Below are positions 27,335-37,087 of a DNA stretch of 64,000 nucleotides, one piece after another. The translations under genes were made by a program, and so were the position numbers. This DNA comes from Acidobacteriota bacterium (GTDB lineage Bacteria > Acidobacteriota > UBA6911): positions 3,296,001 through 3,360,000 of the forward strand of contig OY761556.1 in assembly GCA_963664705.1 (NCBI GenBank), written 5' to 3'. The notes under the pieces were generated by a model. That model ran no database searches. It saw only the letters and a program-made list of their open reading frames with translations, and had not been told where the DNA came from. Numbering within the stretch: the first letter of the stretch is position 1; each line of letters begins with the position of its first letter.

Positions 27335-29314
27335 ATGAGATCAAATGGGAGACTAGCGGTGGATGAAACCGATTTGCCGGACAGAACGGAATCTCATGAT
27401 ATCGGCGGCCTGAATCCCGCGCCTGATTCCATAAGGACGGCACTGTCCCGCGCCACCGATTGCCTTGTTTCCCTGCAGCAACAGTCGGGATTCTGGTGCG
27501 GAGAACTGGAAGGCGATTCCATTCTGCAGAGTGAATATATTCTGCTGAAATTTATCATCGAACAGGAAAACGATCCCCGCCTGCCCAAAATAGCCAATTA
27601 CCTTCGGACCCAGCAACGCGCTTCGGACGGAGCCTGGATTCAGTACCCGGGCGGCAAACCCGACTTGAGCGCAACCGTTAAAGCCTATTTTGCCCTTAAA
27701 CTGATGGGTGACAGCATCGATGCGCCGCACATGAAAAAAGCCCGCGAGCTTATCCTGTCCCTGGGCGGGGCCGAGCGATGCAACACCTACTCAAAATTCT
27801 ATCTCGCGGCCCTCGGCCAAATGCATTACGACTCCATCCCTGTCATTCCCCCGGAACTGGTCCTCCTCCCCAAGTGGTTCTATTTTCATCTCGATAAAGT
27901 GTCCGCCTGGTCCCGCACCATGATCATGCCCCTGGCGGTCGTCTCGAGTTACCGGCCCGTCCGCCAGTTGCCGGCTCCGCGCAGCATCATGGAGCTGTAT
28001 GTCAGCCATGATTATGTTCACCGGCCGTTTATTGATTTCGACAAGGAGCTGTTGAGCTGGAAAAATCTATTCCTGGCCATCGACAAGGGACTCAAGCTGC
28101 TGGAAAAAACGAATTTGAAGCCGCTGCGCCGCAATGCCCTGCAGCGAATTGAGGAGTGGATCCTGAAGCGGGCCGACGGCCAACGATCCGACGGTCTCGG
28201 CGCCATCTTCCCCCCCATGGTCTATATTATTATCGCCCTGCGCTGTCTCGGGTACTCCATGGACGATCCGCGCGTCAAAGAAGCCGCCGCACAATTGGAT
28301 CGGCTGATGATCGAGGAATCCAACAACATTCGACTGCAACCCTGTTTCTCCCCCATCTGGGATACCGGCATTGCCACCTATGCCCTTTGCGAAGCGGGCT
28401 TCAACCAGGAAAGCCAGGCAATGCAACAGGCGGTGCGCTGGCTGGTCAGCAAAGAGTGCAAAGATTTCGGGGATTGGAAAGCAAACATCCAGCAACCAGT
28501 CGAGCCGTCCGGCTGGTATTTCGAATTCAACAACTCCTATTACCCCGATGTGGATGATACCGCCATGGTGACCATGGCTTTGCTGCGTTCCGGCTGCAAC
28601 AACGGCAAAGCTCCCGTGGAGCGCGGCATTCGATGGATTCTCGCAATGCAAAACGAAGATGGCGGATGGGCCGCATTCGATAGAACCATCAATCGCCCAA
28701 TCCTCGAGTATGTGCCGTTTGCCGATCATAACGCGATCCAGGATCCGTCGTGCCCGGACATCACCGGGCGCACGCTCGAGTGCCTGGGGCACTTCGGCTG
28801 CGGTCCCGATCATCCCGCGGTTCAGCGCGCGCTCCGGTTCCTCGAGTTCGAACAGGAACCCGAAGGTTGCTGGTTCGGACGCTGGGGCGTCAATTATCTT
28901 TACGGAACATGGCAAGTCGCATGCGGGCTGAAAACTGCGGGAGTGGATATGACCCAGCCCTGGATTCTGCGAGCCGGCGAATGGCTTCGAAGCGTTCAGA
29001 AAGAGGATGGATCTTTCGGCGAGTCGGCGGACAGTTACGAATATCCATCGCAGAAAGGGAAAGGACCTTCCACGCCCTCCCAAACCGCGTGGGGGACGAT
29101 GGCGCTAATGGCCATTTACGGTCCCAATGATCCCGGAGTGCTGAAGGGAATTCAGTACCTTGTAGCATCTCAAAACAGCTCCGGCAGTTGGGACGAACCC
29201 TGGTTTACCGGCACTGGTTTCCCTCGAGTGTTTTATCTGAGATATCATCTCTATCGAATATATTTTCCTATCATGTGCCTCGGGCGCTGGATGAGATTGC
29301 TCAGTAGTCAGTAG
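27335..29314 (+). CDS. shc: Squalene-hopene cyclase
   Basis: Catalytic PDVDDTA (DxDD), QW repeats (QNEDGGW, QEPEGCW), FTGTGFPRVFYLRY. Confidence 0.96.
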   Translation: MRSNGRLAVDETDLPDRTESHDIGGLNPAPDSIRTALSRATDCLVSLQQQSGFWCGELEGDSILQSEYILLKFIIEQENDPRLPKIANYLRTQQRASDGAWIQYPGGKPDLSATVKAYFALKLMGDSIDAPHMKKARELILSLGGAERCNTYSKFYLAALGQMHYDSIPVIPPELVLLPKWFYFHLDKVSAWSRTMIMPLAVVSSYRPVRQLPAPRSIMELYVSHDYVHRPFIDFDKELLSWKNLFLAIDKGLKLLEKTNLKPLRRNALQRIEEWILKRADGQRSDGLGAIFPPMVYIIIALRCLGYSMDDPRVKEAAAQLDRLMIEESNNIRLQPCFSPIWDTGIATYALCEAGFNQESQAMQQAVRWLVSKECKDFGDWKANIQQPVEPSGWYFEFNNSYYPDVDDTAMVTMALLRSGCNNGKAPVERGIRWILAMQNEDGGWAAFDRTINRPILEYVPFADHNAIQDPSCPDITGRTLECLGHFGCGPDHPAVQRALRFLEFEQEPEGCWFGRWGVNYLYGTWQVACGLKTAGVDMTQPWILRAGEWLRSVQKEDGSFGESADSYEYPSQKGKGPSTPSQTAWGTMALMAIYGPNDPGVLKGIQYLVASQNSSGSWDEPWFTGTGFPRVFYLRYHLYRIYFPIMCLGRWMRLLSSQ

Positions 29315-29332
29315 TCAGTAGTCAGTAGTCAG
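29301..29332 (+). repeat. Tandem heptamer array (TCAGTAG)x4.5
   Basis: Perfect repeats; contain the shc stop (29312-29314) and the four-helix-bundle stop (29322-29324). Confidence 0.95.
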
Positions 29333-29708
29333 GATGTCCATCGATACCGCGGAGGCGTAATTCTTTGATTAATCCGTTAATCAACCTTCCTGTTTCGGAT
29401 GTCAGCGACAACAGTTCCTGTGCTTGATTTGGCGAAAGATATCCAAGTTCCCGAGAGATTAAAATTTGGGTTTCGGCCTCCGCAAGTGAGCCCAGAGCAA
29501 TTCGCAGATGAGGCAAAAATTCCCCCTTTGATTTTCGGCCTTGACCCTCTGCAATATTGGAGGGAACTGAAACGCATGCGCGTCGAAGCTGCGATACAAT
29601 CCCGTACATTTCCTCCGGCGGAAAGAGACGCGTTTCCCGATAAATCATTTTCACCAGCTTGAGAGCCTTCTTCCATGCAAGTAGGTCCTGGTAATCTCTA
29701 GCATTCAT
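29322..29708 (-). CDS. Four helix bundle protein (23S rRNA IVP / bAvd-like family)
   Basis: AGGAGG RBS; YQDL.AWKK, FP.EE.YG..SQLRRA.VSVPSNIAEG.GR, IA.GSL.E.ETQ. Confidence 0.93.
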   Translation of the reverse strand: MNARDYQDLLAWKKALKLVKMIYRETRLFPPEEMYGIVSQLRRACVSVPSNIAEGQGRKSKGEFLPHLRIALGSLAEAETQILISRELGYLSPNQAQELLSLTSETGRLINGLIKELRLRGIDGHPDY

Positions 29709-29765
29709 GGGATTCCTCCTACCCGTAATAAATGAACGCTCAGCTTTTTGATCCAAAATATTTCG

Positions 29766-29807
29766 ATACTGATTACTGATTACTGACTACTGGCTACTGA
29801 TTACTGG
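29766..29807 (-). repeat. Tandem heptamer array (YTACTGR)x6, reverse complement of the 29301 array
   Basis: ATACTGA TTACTGA TTACTGA CTACTGG CTACTGA TTACTGG. Confidence 0.9.
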
Positions 29808-29873
29808 CTTGTGACGTCGACGCGGTTGTGCGAAAATGCGACTCTTTCAACTATGATAGGAGCGGAATCTGCA

Positions 29874-30926
29874 ATGAGCACAAAAATCCCGGTGGGGGTC
29901 CTTGGTGCAACCGGCGCCGTTGGACAAAAATTCATCAAACTGCTGGAAAACCATCCCTGGTTTGAGGTCACAGAAGTCGCGGCCTCCGAAAGAACTTCAG
30001 GAAAACTTTACGGAGATGCCGTCTCCTGGAAGCAGGTCACACCCGTTCCAGACAACGTCCGCAAGCTTGAAGTCCGTCCCTGCACACCGGATCTGAAGTG
30101 CCGCATTGTGTTTTCAGGACTGGATGCATCGGTTGCCGGATCTATTGAGGATGACTTTGCCAAAGCCGGCTATGTGGTTTTAAGCAATTCAAAAAACCAC
30201 CGACTGGATGAAGATGTCCCGCTTGTCATTCCGGAAGTGAATCATGATCACCTTGGACTGATTCCTATTCAGCGCCAGAATCGGAAAGCAAAAGGATATA
30301 TCGTAACCAATGCAAACTGCACCACGATGTTCCTTGCGATGGCACTGGGTCCCATCCACAAAGCATTCAACATTGAAAAAGTCTTCATGGTTTCCATGCA
30401 GGCTGTTTCCGGAGCCGGCTACCCGGGTGTTCCCTCGCTGGATATCCTGGGCAATGTCATCCCCTTCATCGGCGGCGAAGAGGAAAAAGTAGAAATCGAG
30501 ACGAGAAAGATTCTGGGAACCTTTAATGGCAAGACCATCGATCTTGCGGACTTCCCTGTCAGCGCCCAGTGCAATCGCGTAGCGGTGGAAGACGGACACA
30601 CCGAATCGGTTTCAGTCAAACTGGCAAAGAAAACTTCCGTGCAGGAAATCGCGGAACTATTGAAAAATTACTCCGGCGTGCCGCAGCAACTGCGGCTCCC
30701 CAGCGCGCCCCAGGAACCATTTATTGTGATGGAAGCCCAAGACCGGCCGCAGCCCCGATTCGACGTGAACCGGGCCAATGGCATGGCTACGCTCGTGGGA
30801 CGCATCCGACCGTGTTCGATTCTCGACTATAAATTCACTTTAATGGGCCATAACACAGTTCGCGGCGCTGCCGGCGCATCTATCCTCAATGCGGAACTGC
30901 TCAAAGCTCAGGGAATGCTGGAGTAG
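29874..30926 (+). CDS. asd: Aspartate-semialdehyde dehydrogenase (archaeal/fungal-type clade)
   Basis: GATGAVGQ, NANCTT, QAVSGAGYPG, CNRV.V.DGH, HNTVRGAAG. Confidence 0.95.
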   Translation: MSTKIPVGVLGATGAVGQKFIKLLENHPWFEVTEVAASERTSGKLYGDAVSWKQVTPVPDNVRKLEVRPCTPDLKCRIVFSGLDASVAGSIEDDFAKAGYVVLSNSKNHRLDEDVPLVIPEVNHDHLGLIPIQRQNRKAKGYIVTNANCTTMFLAMALGPIHKAFNIEKVFMVSMQAVSGAGYPGVPSLDILGNVIPFIGGEEEKVEIETRKILGTFNGKTIDLADFPVSAQCNRVAVEDGHTESVSVKLAKKTSVQEIAELLKNYSGVPQQLRLPSAPQEPFIVMEAQDRPQPRFDVNRANGMATLVGRIRPCSILDYKFTLMGHNTVRGAAGASILNAELLKAQGMLE

Positions 30927-30929
30927 ATC

Positions 30930-32294
30930 ATGATAGTCTGCAAATTCGGAGGGACATCCGTACAGGATGCGGAAGCCATGACCCGCGTTGCCGAAATCAT
31001 CGGCGCCAGAATCAAACAACAGCCGGTGGTGGTCGCCTCAGCCATGGGAAAAACGACCAATGCCCTGCTCGAGGCAGCGCAGACCGCCGCAAAAGGCAAA
31101 CGGCAGGAAGCTCTCGATCTGCTTACCAAGATAAAGGACAAGCACCTCAAGGAAGCGCAAAAACTGGGAATCGCGGTAACCGAAGCGGAAATATTCCAGA
31201 CATACTTCAAAGAGATGCGCGACCTCGTCAAAGGGCTCGCCGCCCTTGGGGAATTGACGCCCAGGATTACCGATGCCATCGCGAGCTATGGCGAACGCCT
31301 GTCTACGGCCATTCTTACGCAGGCGCTCGAAAAGAACGGAATCCCGGCGCAGTTGATGGATGCGCGTGAGTGCATTATTACGGACGACAACTATATGCGC
31401 GCCGCCGTCCTGTTTGACCAAACTGATCCCGCAATCGTCGAACACCTCCGCCCTGTAATCAAGGCGGGGAAAGTTCCGGTATTCCAGGGATTCATTGGGC
31501 GCACGCGCAGCGGCATCACCACAACCATCGGACGTGGCGGTTCGGATTACAGCGCCGCTATCGTCGGAGCCGCTCTCGACGCGGACGATATCCAGATTTG
31601 GACGGATGTTGACGGGATCATGACGACGGATCCACGCATGGTCAAAGAGGCGCGCAGAATAAAGGCCATCTCATTCGACGAAGCAGCCGAGCTTGCCTAT
31701 TTCGGCGCCAAAGTCCTGCACCCGGCTACAATCATTCCGGCTGTCCGCAAAAAAATTCCTGTGCACGTGCTCAACAGCTATAAGCCGGACCAGGAAGGCA
31801 CTCTGATTACGGACGAAGCGCCTCCCTGCGAGAATCCTGTAAAGGCAATCGCTTACAAAAGCGGCATTACGGTGGTCAATGTCACGTCCACGCGAATGCT
31901 CATGGCCCACGGTTTCCTCAAAAAGATTTTTGAAATATTCGACCATTACCAGGTGCCGGTCGATGTGGTCTCCACCTCAGAGGTTTCGGTGTCGTTGACG
32001 GTTGATGACACCTCGAAATTGTGGGATATCATTACCGATCTCAAGAAGATCGGCGAAGCCAATGTCGAAGGGTCTAAATCCATCGTGTGCTGCGTGGGCG
32101 ACAATCTCCGGAACATTCCGGGCGTACCGAACCTTGTCTTCGGCGCGCTGCAGGATGTGAAGGTTCAAATGATTTCGCAGGGCGCGTCCGCAATCAACAT
32201 CACCTTCGTTATCGACCAGGATCAACTCCCGAACACGGTGCGCAACCTGCATGACGCATTTTTCCGGAAAGTCGATCCACACATTTTTGAGTAA
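30930..32294 (+). CDS. lysC: Aspartate kinase (lysine-sensitive AKIII type)
   Basis: KFGGTSV, GRGGSDYSA, WTDVDG, FGAKVLHP, two ACT domains. Confidence 0.95.
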   Translation: MIVCKFGGTSVQDAEAMTRVAEIIGARIKQQPVVVASAMGKTTNALLEAAQTAAKGKRQEALDLLTKIKDKHLKEAQKLGIAVTEAEIFQTYFKEMRDLVKGLAALGELTPRITDAIASYGERLSTAILTQALEKNGIPAQLMDARECIITDDNYMRAAVLFDQTDPAIVEHLRPVIKAGKVPVFQGFIGRTRSGITTTIGRGGSDYSAAIVGAALDADDIQIWTDVDGIMTTDPRMVKEARRIKAISFDEAAELAYFGAKVLHPATIIPAVRKKIPVHVLNSYKPDQEGTLITDEAPPCENPVKAIAYKSGITVVNVTSTRMLMAHGFLKKIFEIFDHYQVPVDVVSTSEVSVSLTVDDTSKLWDIITDLKKIGEANVEGSKSIVCCVGDNLRNIPGVPNLVFGALQDVKVQMISQGASAINITFVIDQDQLPNTVRNLHDAFFRKVDPHIFE

Positions 32295-32325
32295 GGAACG
32301 GTCAGCCCGTTCGTCAGGAGGTCCC

Positions 32326-33030
32326 GTGAAGATCGCGCTGCTTGGATATGGAAAAATGGGCAGGCTTGTGGAATCCATCGCATTGCGCGAAGGGATGGAG
32401 ATCGGCCCGAAGCTGGATATCAACGACAATCCTGAAGGTCGCGGCATCACCGCCGCTTCCATGGAAGGGGTGGACGTAGCTATCGAATTCAGTCAGCCGG
32501 ATGCCGTCATCACCAACATCGAAGCTGCCGCACGTGCCGGCGTCCATATGGTAATCGGCACAACCGGCTGGATGGACCAGAAGAGCAAGGTGGAAAAGAT
32601 TGTTCTCGACTCCGGCATTGGCCTGGTTTATGGCGCAAACTTTTCCATCGGCATGAATCTGTTCTTCGAAATAGTATCGAATTCGGCCCGCCTGATCGGG
32701 ATGCTTCCGCAATATGATGCGTTTCTTTCGGAAGAACACCACAGGGCAAAAAAGGACGCTCCTTCCGGGACAGCACTCAACCTCCTGGATTTGATGCGGC
32801 CGCACTTAAACAATCAGAACCTGAGCATCGCGTGTATTCGCGCCGGGGCAATCCCCGGCACCCACGTGATTGGTTTCGACAGCGAAGCGGACACAATTCT
32901 CCTGGAACACCGGGCACGAAGCCGACAGGGGTTCGCCGAAGGAGCCGTTTTGGCCGCCCGCTGGATTGCCGGTCGAAAGGGCTGCTACGATTTCCGGCAG
33001 GTATTCCGGCAAATCGTCGGGATTCAATAG
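32326..33030 (+). CDS. dapB: 4-hydroxy-tetrahydrodipicolinate reductase
   Basis: AGGAGG + GTG; GYGKMG, GTTG, NFSIG, E.HH..K.DAPSGTA. Confidence 0.95.
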   Translation: MKIALLGYGKMGRLVESIALREGMEIGPKLDINDNPEGRGITAASMEGVDVAIEFSQPDAVITNIEAAARAGVHMVIGTTGWMDQKSKVEKIVLDSGIGLVYGANFSIGMNLFFEIVSNSARLIGMLPQYDAFLSEEHHRAKKDAPSGTALNLLDLMRPHLNNQNLSIACIRAGAIPGTHVIGFDSEADTILLEHRARSRQGFAEGAVLAARWIAGRKGCYDFRQVFRQIVGIQ

Positions 33031-33074
33031 TCTCAATTTCACACTTCGGTATCACGAATCTGCAAAGGGGTATT

Positions 33075-33989
33075 ATGGGCACTCTCGAAAAGCTTCAGGG
33101 CGTCGGCACTGCGTTGATCACACCATTTCTGTCGAACGGCAAAGTCGACGAAAAGACTTTGGAGTCCTTGGTCAACTGGCAGATTCAGGAGGGGATCCAC
33201 TTCCTCGTCCCGTGCGGAACGACAGGAGAGAGCCCGACGCTGAATCACGATGAGCACTTGAACGTCGTGGATATTACGGTTCGCACAGCAGCGGGCCGCG
33301 TCCCCATTATCGCGGGTGCAGGCGGCAACAACACCTCAAAAGTGGTTGCAATGATTGCAGAACTCAAGAAGCTCGGAGTGAACGGAATTCTCTCCGTCTC
33401 CCCGTATTACAACAAACCGACTCAAGAGGGGATTTACCAGCATTACCGTGTCCTTGCCGAATCCACGGACTTGCCCATCATCGTGTACAACGTCCCGGGA
33501 AGGACCGGATCCAATATCCTGCCCGATACCCTTCTCCGCCTGGCAGAGATTCCAAATATCGCTGGCGTCAAGGAAGCCAGCGGCGATATCTCTCAAATAG
33601 GTGAAATCTGCACGCGTGCCCCCAAAGGGTTCAAAATCTTTTCGGGCGACGATTCGCTTACGCTGCCGGTCATTGCGCTTGGCGGGCATGGAATCATCTC
33701 GGTGGCTTCCAATGAAACTCCCGGACTGATGTCAAAATTCGCAGCAGCGTGCCTGGATGGCAAATGGGACGAAGCGCGCACTCTTAATCGTACGCTTTAC
33801 CCGCTGATGAAGATAAATTTCGTCGAATCCAGCCCAATTCCCGTCAAGGCGGCGCTGGCAATGATGGGCAAGATCCAGGAAGTTTACCGACTGCCGCTGG
33901 TGAAAATTTCGGATGGGGCACGCGCCAAGGTTGCCTCCGTTATTTCCGCCCTTGGCCTGATTCCCAGCGACAAATGGACACAGGTATAA
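33075..33989 (+). CDS. dapA: 4-hydroxy-tetrahydrodipicolinate synthase
   Basis: ALITPF, GTTGES, PYYNKP, YNVPGRT, GVKEASG. Confidence 0.96.
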   Translation: MGTLEKLQGVGTALITPFLSNGKVDEKTLESLVNWQIQEGIHFLVPCGTTGESPTLNHDEHLNVVDITVRTAAGRVPIIAGAGGNNTSKVVAMIAELKKLGVNGILSVSPYYNKPTQEGIYQHYRVLAESTDLPIIVYNVPGRTGSNILPDTLLRLAEIPNIAGVKEASGDISQIGEICTRAPKGFKIFSGDDSLTLPVIALGGHGIISVASNETPGLMSKFAAACLDGKWDEARTLNRTLYPLMKINFVESSPIPVKAALAMMGKIQEVYRLPLVKISDGARAKVASVISALGLIPSDKWTQV

Positions 33990-34063
33990 AAGGGCATCGT
34001 TATACAGTTTACATTCCGGGATTTTGATCCCTCGATCCTTCCCTTCTAGGAAATGGAGGACGC

Positions 34064-35335
34064 ATGGCTTTTCTATACCCCTTCAGAGGACTGCGCTATC
34101 GCCGAGAAGCGGTCGGCGATTTTAATAAAGTCGTCACCCAGCCTTACGACAAGACAACACTCGAAATGCAGGACGACTACTATCAGCGCTCACCTTACAA
34201 CGCGGTAAGAGTCACCCTGAATCGGGAGAAAAACCTGAACCCTGAGACTCCATACCCGGATGCGGGCAGAACATTCAATGACTGGATCGCCGATAAGGTG
34301 CTGACCCAGGATGCCCTTCCTTCCATGTATGCCTATTACCAGGAGTATGTCGTCGAGGGGCAGACCAGGATTCAGCGGGGACTGATTGCATTGCTTGACC
34401 TGGAAAAGGCCGGGTCGGGAATCATCCCGCATGAACACACGCTGGCCGCACCCAAACAGGATCGCCTCCGGCTCATGCGCAGCACCGAAGGGAATGAGGA
34501 TTTCATCTACATGCTGTACGCGGATGAAAAACTGAAAGTCAACCACATCCTGGAACAGGCCATTTCCGGCAGGCCTGCTGAAATCGAAGTAAAGGACGAA
34601 TACGATGCAATCCATCGGATCTGGGCGATAACCGATTCCAGCGCGCTGGCAGAGATTCAGGACGCTATGCAGTCCAGGAACCTTTTCATCGCGGATGGGC
34701 ATCACCGGTTCGAAACCTCCGTGAATTTCATGCGCGAATGCAGGGAGAAAGGCTGGAAACCTGCGGCGGTGGAGTCTTTCGACAAGCGGTTGGTGACCTG
34801 TTTCAATACATCGGACGGCGTCACAATCCTGCCGACGCACCGGCTCATTCGCGATCTGCCCGCCTTTGACACGACCGGCTTCCTCAACGGTATCGAGGAC
34901 CTCTTCGCGGTCGAACCGCTTCCTTCCGCATCCGCCCTGTGGGCCCAGATGAAAAAGGGGGAACAGGACAACGTGATCGGGCTTTATCCTGCCGATCAGA
35001 AAAAATTCTATATTCTGCGTCTTAAAAAACCGGCAGGATCCGAGCGTCAACTCGATGTCAGCGTTCTCCATTCCCTGCTTCTGGAACGCTCCCTTGGGAT
35101 CGATGCCGCGAAGCTTGCGTCCCAGGCTCATGTGGACTACGTCCGCGAACGCGAGGAGTGCATTAAAATGGTGGATGCGGGCGGTTACCAGGCTGCTTTC
35201 TTCCTGAATCCCACGACAGCAGAACAGATGCAGCAGATTGCGTCCTCGGGCCAGCGCATGCCGCAGAAATCCACGGACTTCTTCCCAAAACTCTTGACCG
35301 GCCTGGTCTTTATGAAGATGGCAATCGAAAAATAG
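34064..35335 (+). CDS. DUF1015 family protein
   Basis: PFRGLRY, PYD, PHE.T, IADGHHR, PTHR, MPQKST.F.PK. Confidence 0.92.
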   Translation: MAFLYPFRGLRYRREAVGDFNKVVTQPYDKTTLEMQDDYYQRSPYNAVRVTLNREKNLNPETPYPDAGRTFNDWIADKVLTQDALPSMYAYYQEYVVEGQTRIQRGLIALLDLEKAGSGIIPHEHTLAAPKQDRLRLMRSTEGNEDFIYMLYADEKLKVNHILEQAISGRPAEIEVKDEYDAIHRIWAITDSSALAEIQDAMQSRNLFIADGHHRFETSVNFMRECREKGWKPAAVESFDKRLVTCFNTSDGVTILPTHRLIRDLPAFDTTGFLNGIEDLFAVEPLPSASALWAQMKKGEQDNVIGLYPADQKKFYILRLKKPAGSERQLDVSVLHSLLLERSLGIDAAKLASQAHVDYVREREECIKMVDAGGYQAAFFLNPTTAEQMQQIASSGQRMPQKSTDFFPKLLTGLVFMKMAIEK

Positions 35336-35342
35336 CAGGATC

Positions 35343-35386
35343 GTGGAATGAGCGGCAAAAAGCTGGAAAATTGCCGCTCATTCCAC
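35343..35386. terminator. Perfect 16-bp stem between convergent genes
   Basis: GTGGAATGAGCGGCAA/TTGCCGCTCATTCCAC. Confidence 0.7.
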
Positions 35387-35391
35387 AGAGA

Positions 35392-36939
35392 TCAGACTTT
35401 CTCAGATATCACTTTGGCTTGAGTGAACAGCAGCAGGTAATCCCGGCCGCCCGCCTTTGAATCCGTCCCGCTCATATTGAATCCTCCGAACGGGTGCACG
35501 CCCACAAGCGCACCGGTGCATTTACGATTCACATACATGTTCCCGACGTGGCATTCGTCCTTGGCGCGCTGAATATGCATCCGGTCTTTCGAATATATCG
35601 CTCCGGTCAATCCATACTCACTGTCGTTGGCAATTCTGATCGCTTCATCCAAATCTTTTGCTTTTATCACCGCCAGTACAGGTCCGAAAATTTCCTCTTT
35701 CGCAATGCGTGCTTTGGGATCGACATCGGCGATAACCGTAGGCTGTATATAAAACCCATCACCCGGCGCCGGACCGCCTCCGGCAACCAGTCGTCCTTCC
35801 TGCTTCCCGATCTCGATGTATTGAAGGATGCCCTTCATCGCACTTTCGTTGATCACGGGCCCCAGGTGGCTCGAGGGGTCCATGGCCGGGCCCACCTGAA
35901 GCAGCTGAACTCTGTCTGCAAGCTTCCGGACAAAATCTGCGTATATTTTTTCGTGCACGATCAGTCGCGAACAGGCAGAACACTTTTGTCCCTGAAAACC
36001 GAATGCGCTGGCAACAACGCCGGTCAAAGCCGCTTCCTGATCGGCATCTTCGTCAACAATAATAAAATCTTTGCCGCCCATCTCGGCTATGACGCGTTTG
36101 ATCCAGATTTGCCCGGGCCTCGGCCGGGCTGCCTCCTGGTTGATATGCAATCCGACTTCTTTCGATCCGGTAAAAGCAACAAACCGAACCTTCGGATGCT
36201 CCACCAGCGTGTTCCCGACCGTGGTTCCACTCCCTGAGACAAAATTGACAACTCCCGGAGGCAGGCCTGCCTCCGGGAGGATATGCATGAAGAATGCGGC
36301 AATGGCTGGCGAATCGGAAGAGGGCTTCAGCACCACCGTATTGCCCGCTACCAACGCCGCGGCAGTCATCCCAACCATGATGGCGCAGGGAAAGTTCCAT
36401 GGCGGAATCACCGCACCGACGCCCAGCGGGATATAGCAAAGCTGGTTATTCTCTCCCTGGTATTTGGTGATGGGTTGGACTTCGTCGTACCGCAGCGCTT
36501 CCCGACCGTAGAATTCGCAGAAATCAATGGCTTCCGCGGTATCCGCGTCCGCCTCAATCCATGTCTTCCCAGCCTCCACAATCATCCACGCATTGCATTC
36601 GAAACGCCTGTCGCGCAAAATCGCGGCGGCCCGGAACAAAACGTCTGCCCTTTCACCGGCCGGGACTCGCTTCCACCGTTCAAATGCCTGCAAGGCCACG
36701 TCGACCGCATGCATTGTCTGATCAACCGTAGCACTTTGAAAGATACCGACTACTTCGTTTTTTTTGCTCGGATTAATAGACCGGAAGGTCTTCCCTGATT
36801 TCAGTCGTTCACCGCCGATCATCAAATCATATTCACGTCCCAATCGGGACTGAATGAGCGCTAAAGCATCCGCCTGATTCCTTCGATTCCCTTCCTGGCT
36901 GAAGTCCAACACCGGTTCATTCTTGAATTCGGCTAGCAT
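35392..36939 (-). CDS. pruA: 1-pyrroline-5-carboxylate (L-glutamate gamma-semialdehyde) dehydrogenase
   Basis: F.NEP, PPWNFP, FTGS, EMGGK, GQKCSACSR, EEIFGP, PFGGFNMSGTDSKAGG. Confidence 0.93.
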   Translation of the reverse strand: MLAEFKNEPVLDFSQEGNRRNQADALALIQSRLGREYDLMIGGERLKSGKTFRSINPSKKNEVVGIFQSATVDQTMHAVDVALQAFERWKRVPAGERADVLFRAAAILRDRRFECNAWMIVEAGKTWIEADADTAEAIDFCEFYGREALRYDEVQPITKYQGENNQLCYIPLGVGAVIPPWNFPCAIMVGMTAAALVAGNTVVLKPSSDSPAIAAFFMHILPEAGLPPGVVNFVSGSGTTVGNTLVEHPKVRFVAFTGSKEVGLHINQEAARPRPGQIWIKRVIAEMGGKDFIIVDEDADQEAALTGVVASAFGFQGQKCSACSRLIVHEKIYADFVRKLADRVQLLQVGPAMDPSSHLGPVINESAMKGILQYIEIGKQEGRLVAGGGPAPGDGFYIQPTVIADVDPKARIAKEEIFGPVLAVIKAKDLDEAIRIANDSEYGLTGAIYSKDRMHIQRAKDECHVGNMYVNRKCTGALVGVHPFGGFNMSGTDSKAGGRDYLLLFTQAKVISEKV

Positions 36940-37014
36940 GCTTCCTCCCGTTTGTCGCATTGTATCAGGAAATCGGAAATGCATCCAAATGAGGCCATAA
37001 ACCCGGACGCTTGC

Positions 37015-37043
37015 TTGACGCCATAATAGCCATTCCGTATATT
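37015..37043 (+). promoter_or_regulatory. Putative sigma70 promoter of ctaB
   Basis: TTGACG-17 bp-TATATT. Confidence 0.55.
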
Positions 37044-37087
37044 GGGATCATCTCGGTTACGGGTATCCCCTGGTCTGGAGTTGCTGA

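Noticed and set aside
29301-29807. Heptamer arrays as a CRISPR array, or the four-helix-bundle gene as part of a DGR or rRNA intervening sequence
   Set aside because: No spacers or cas genes; no reverse transcriptase or TR/VR pair; not inside an rRNA gene.
33031-34046. Faint 7/8-mer periodicity after the dapB stop (33031-33065) and before DUF1015 (34010-34046); also near 17470
   Set aside because: Too degenerate to tell from chance by eye.
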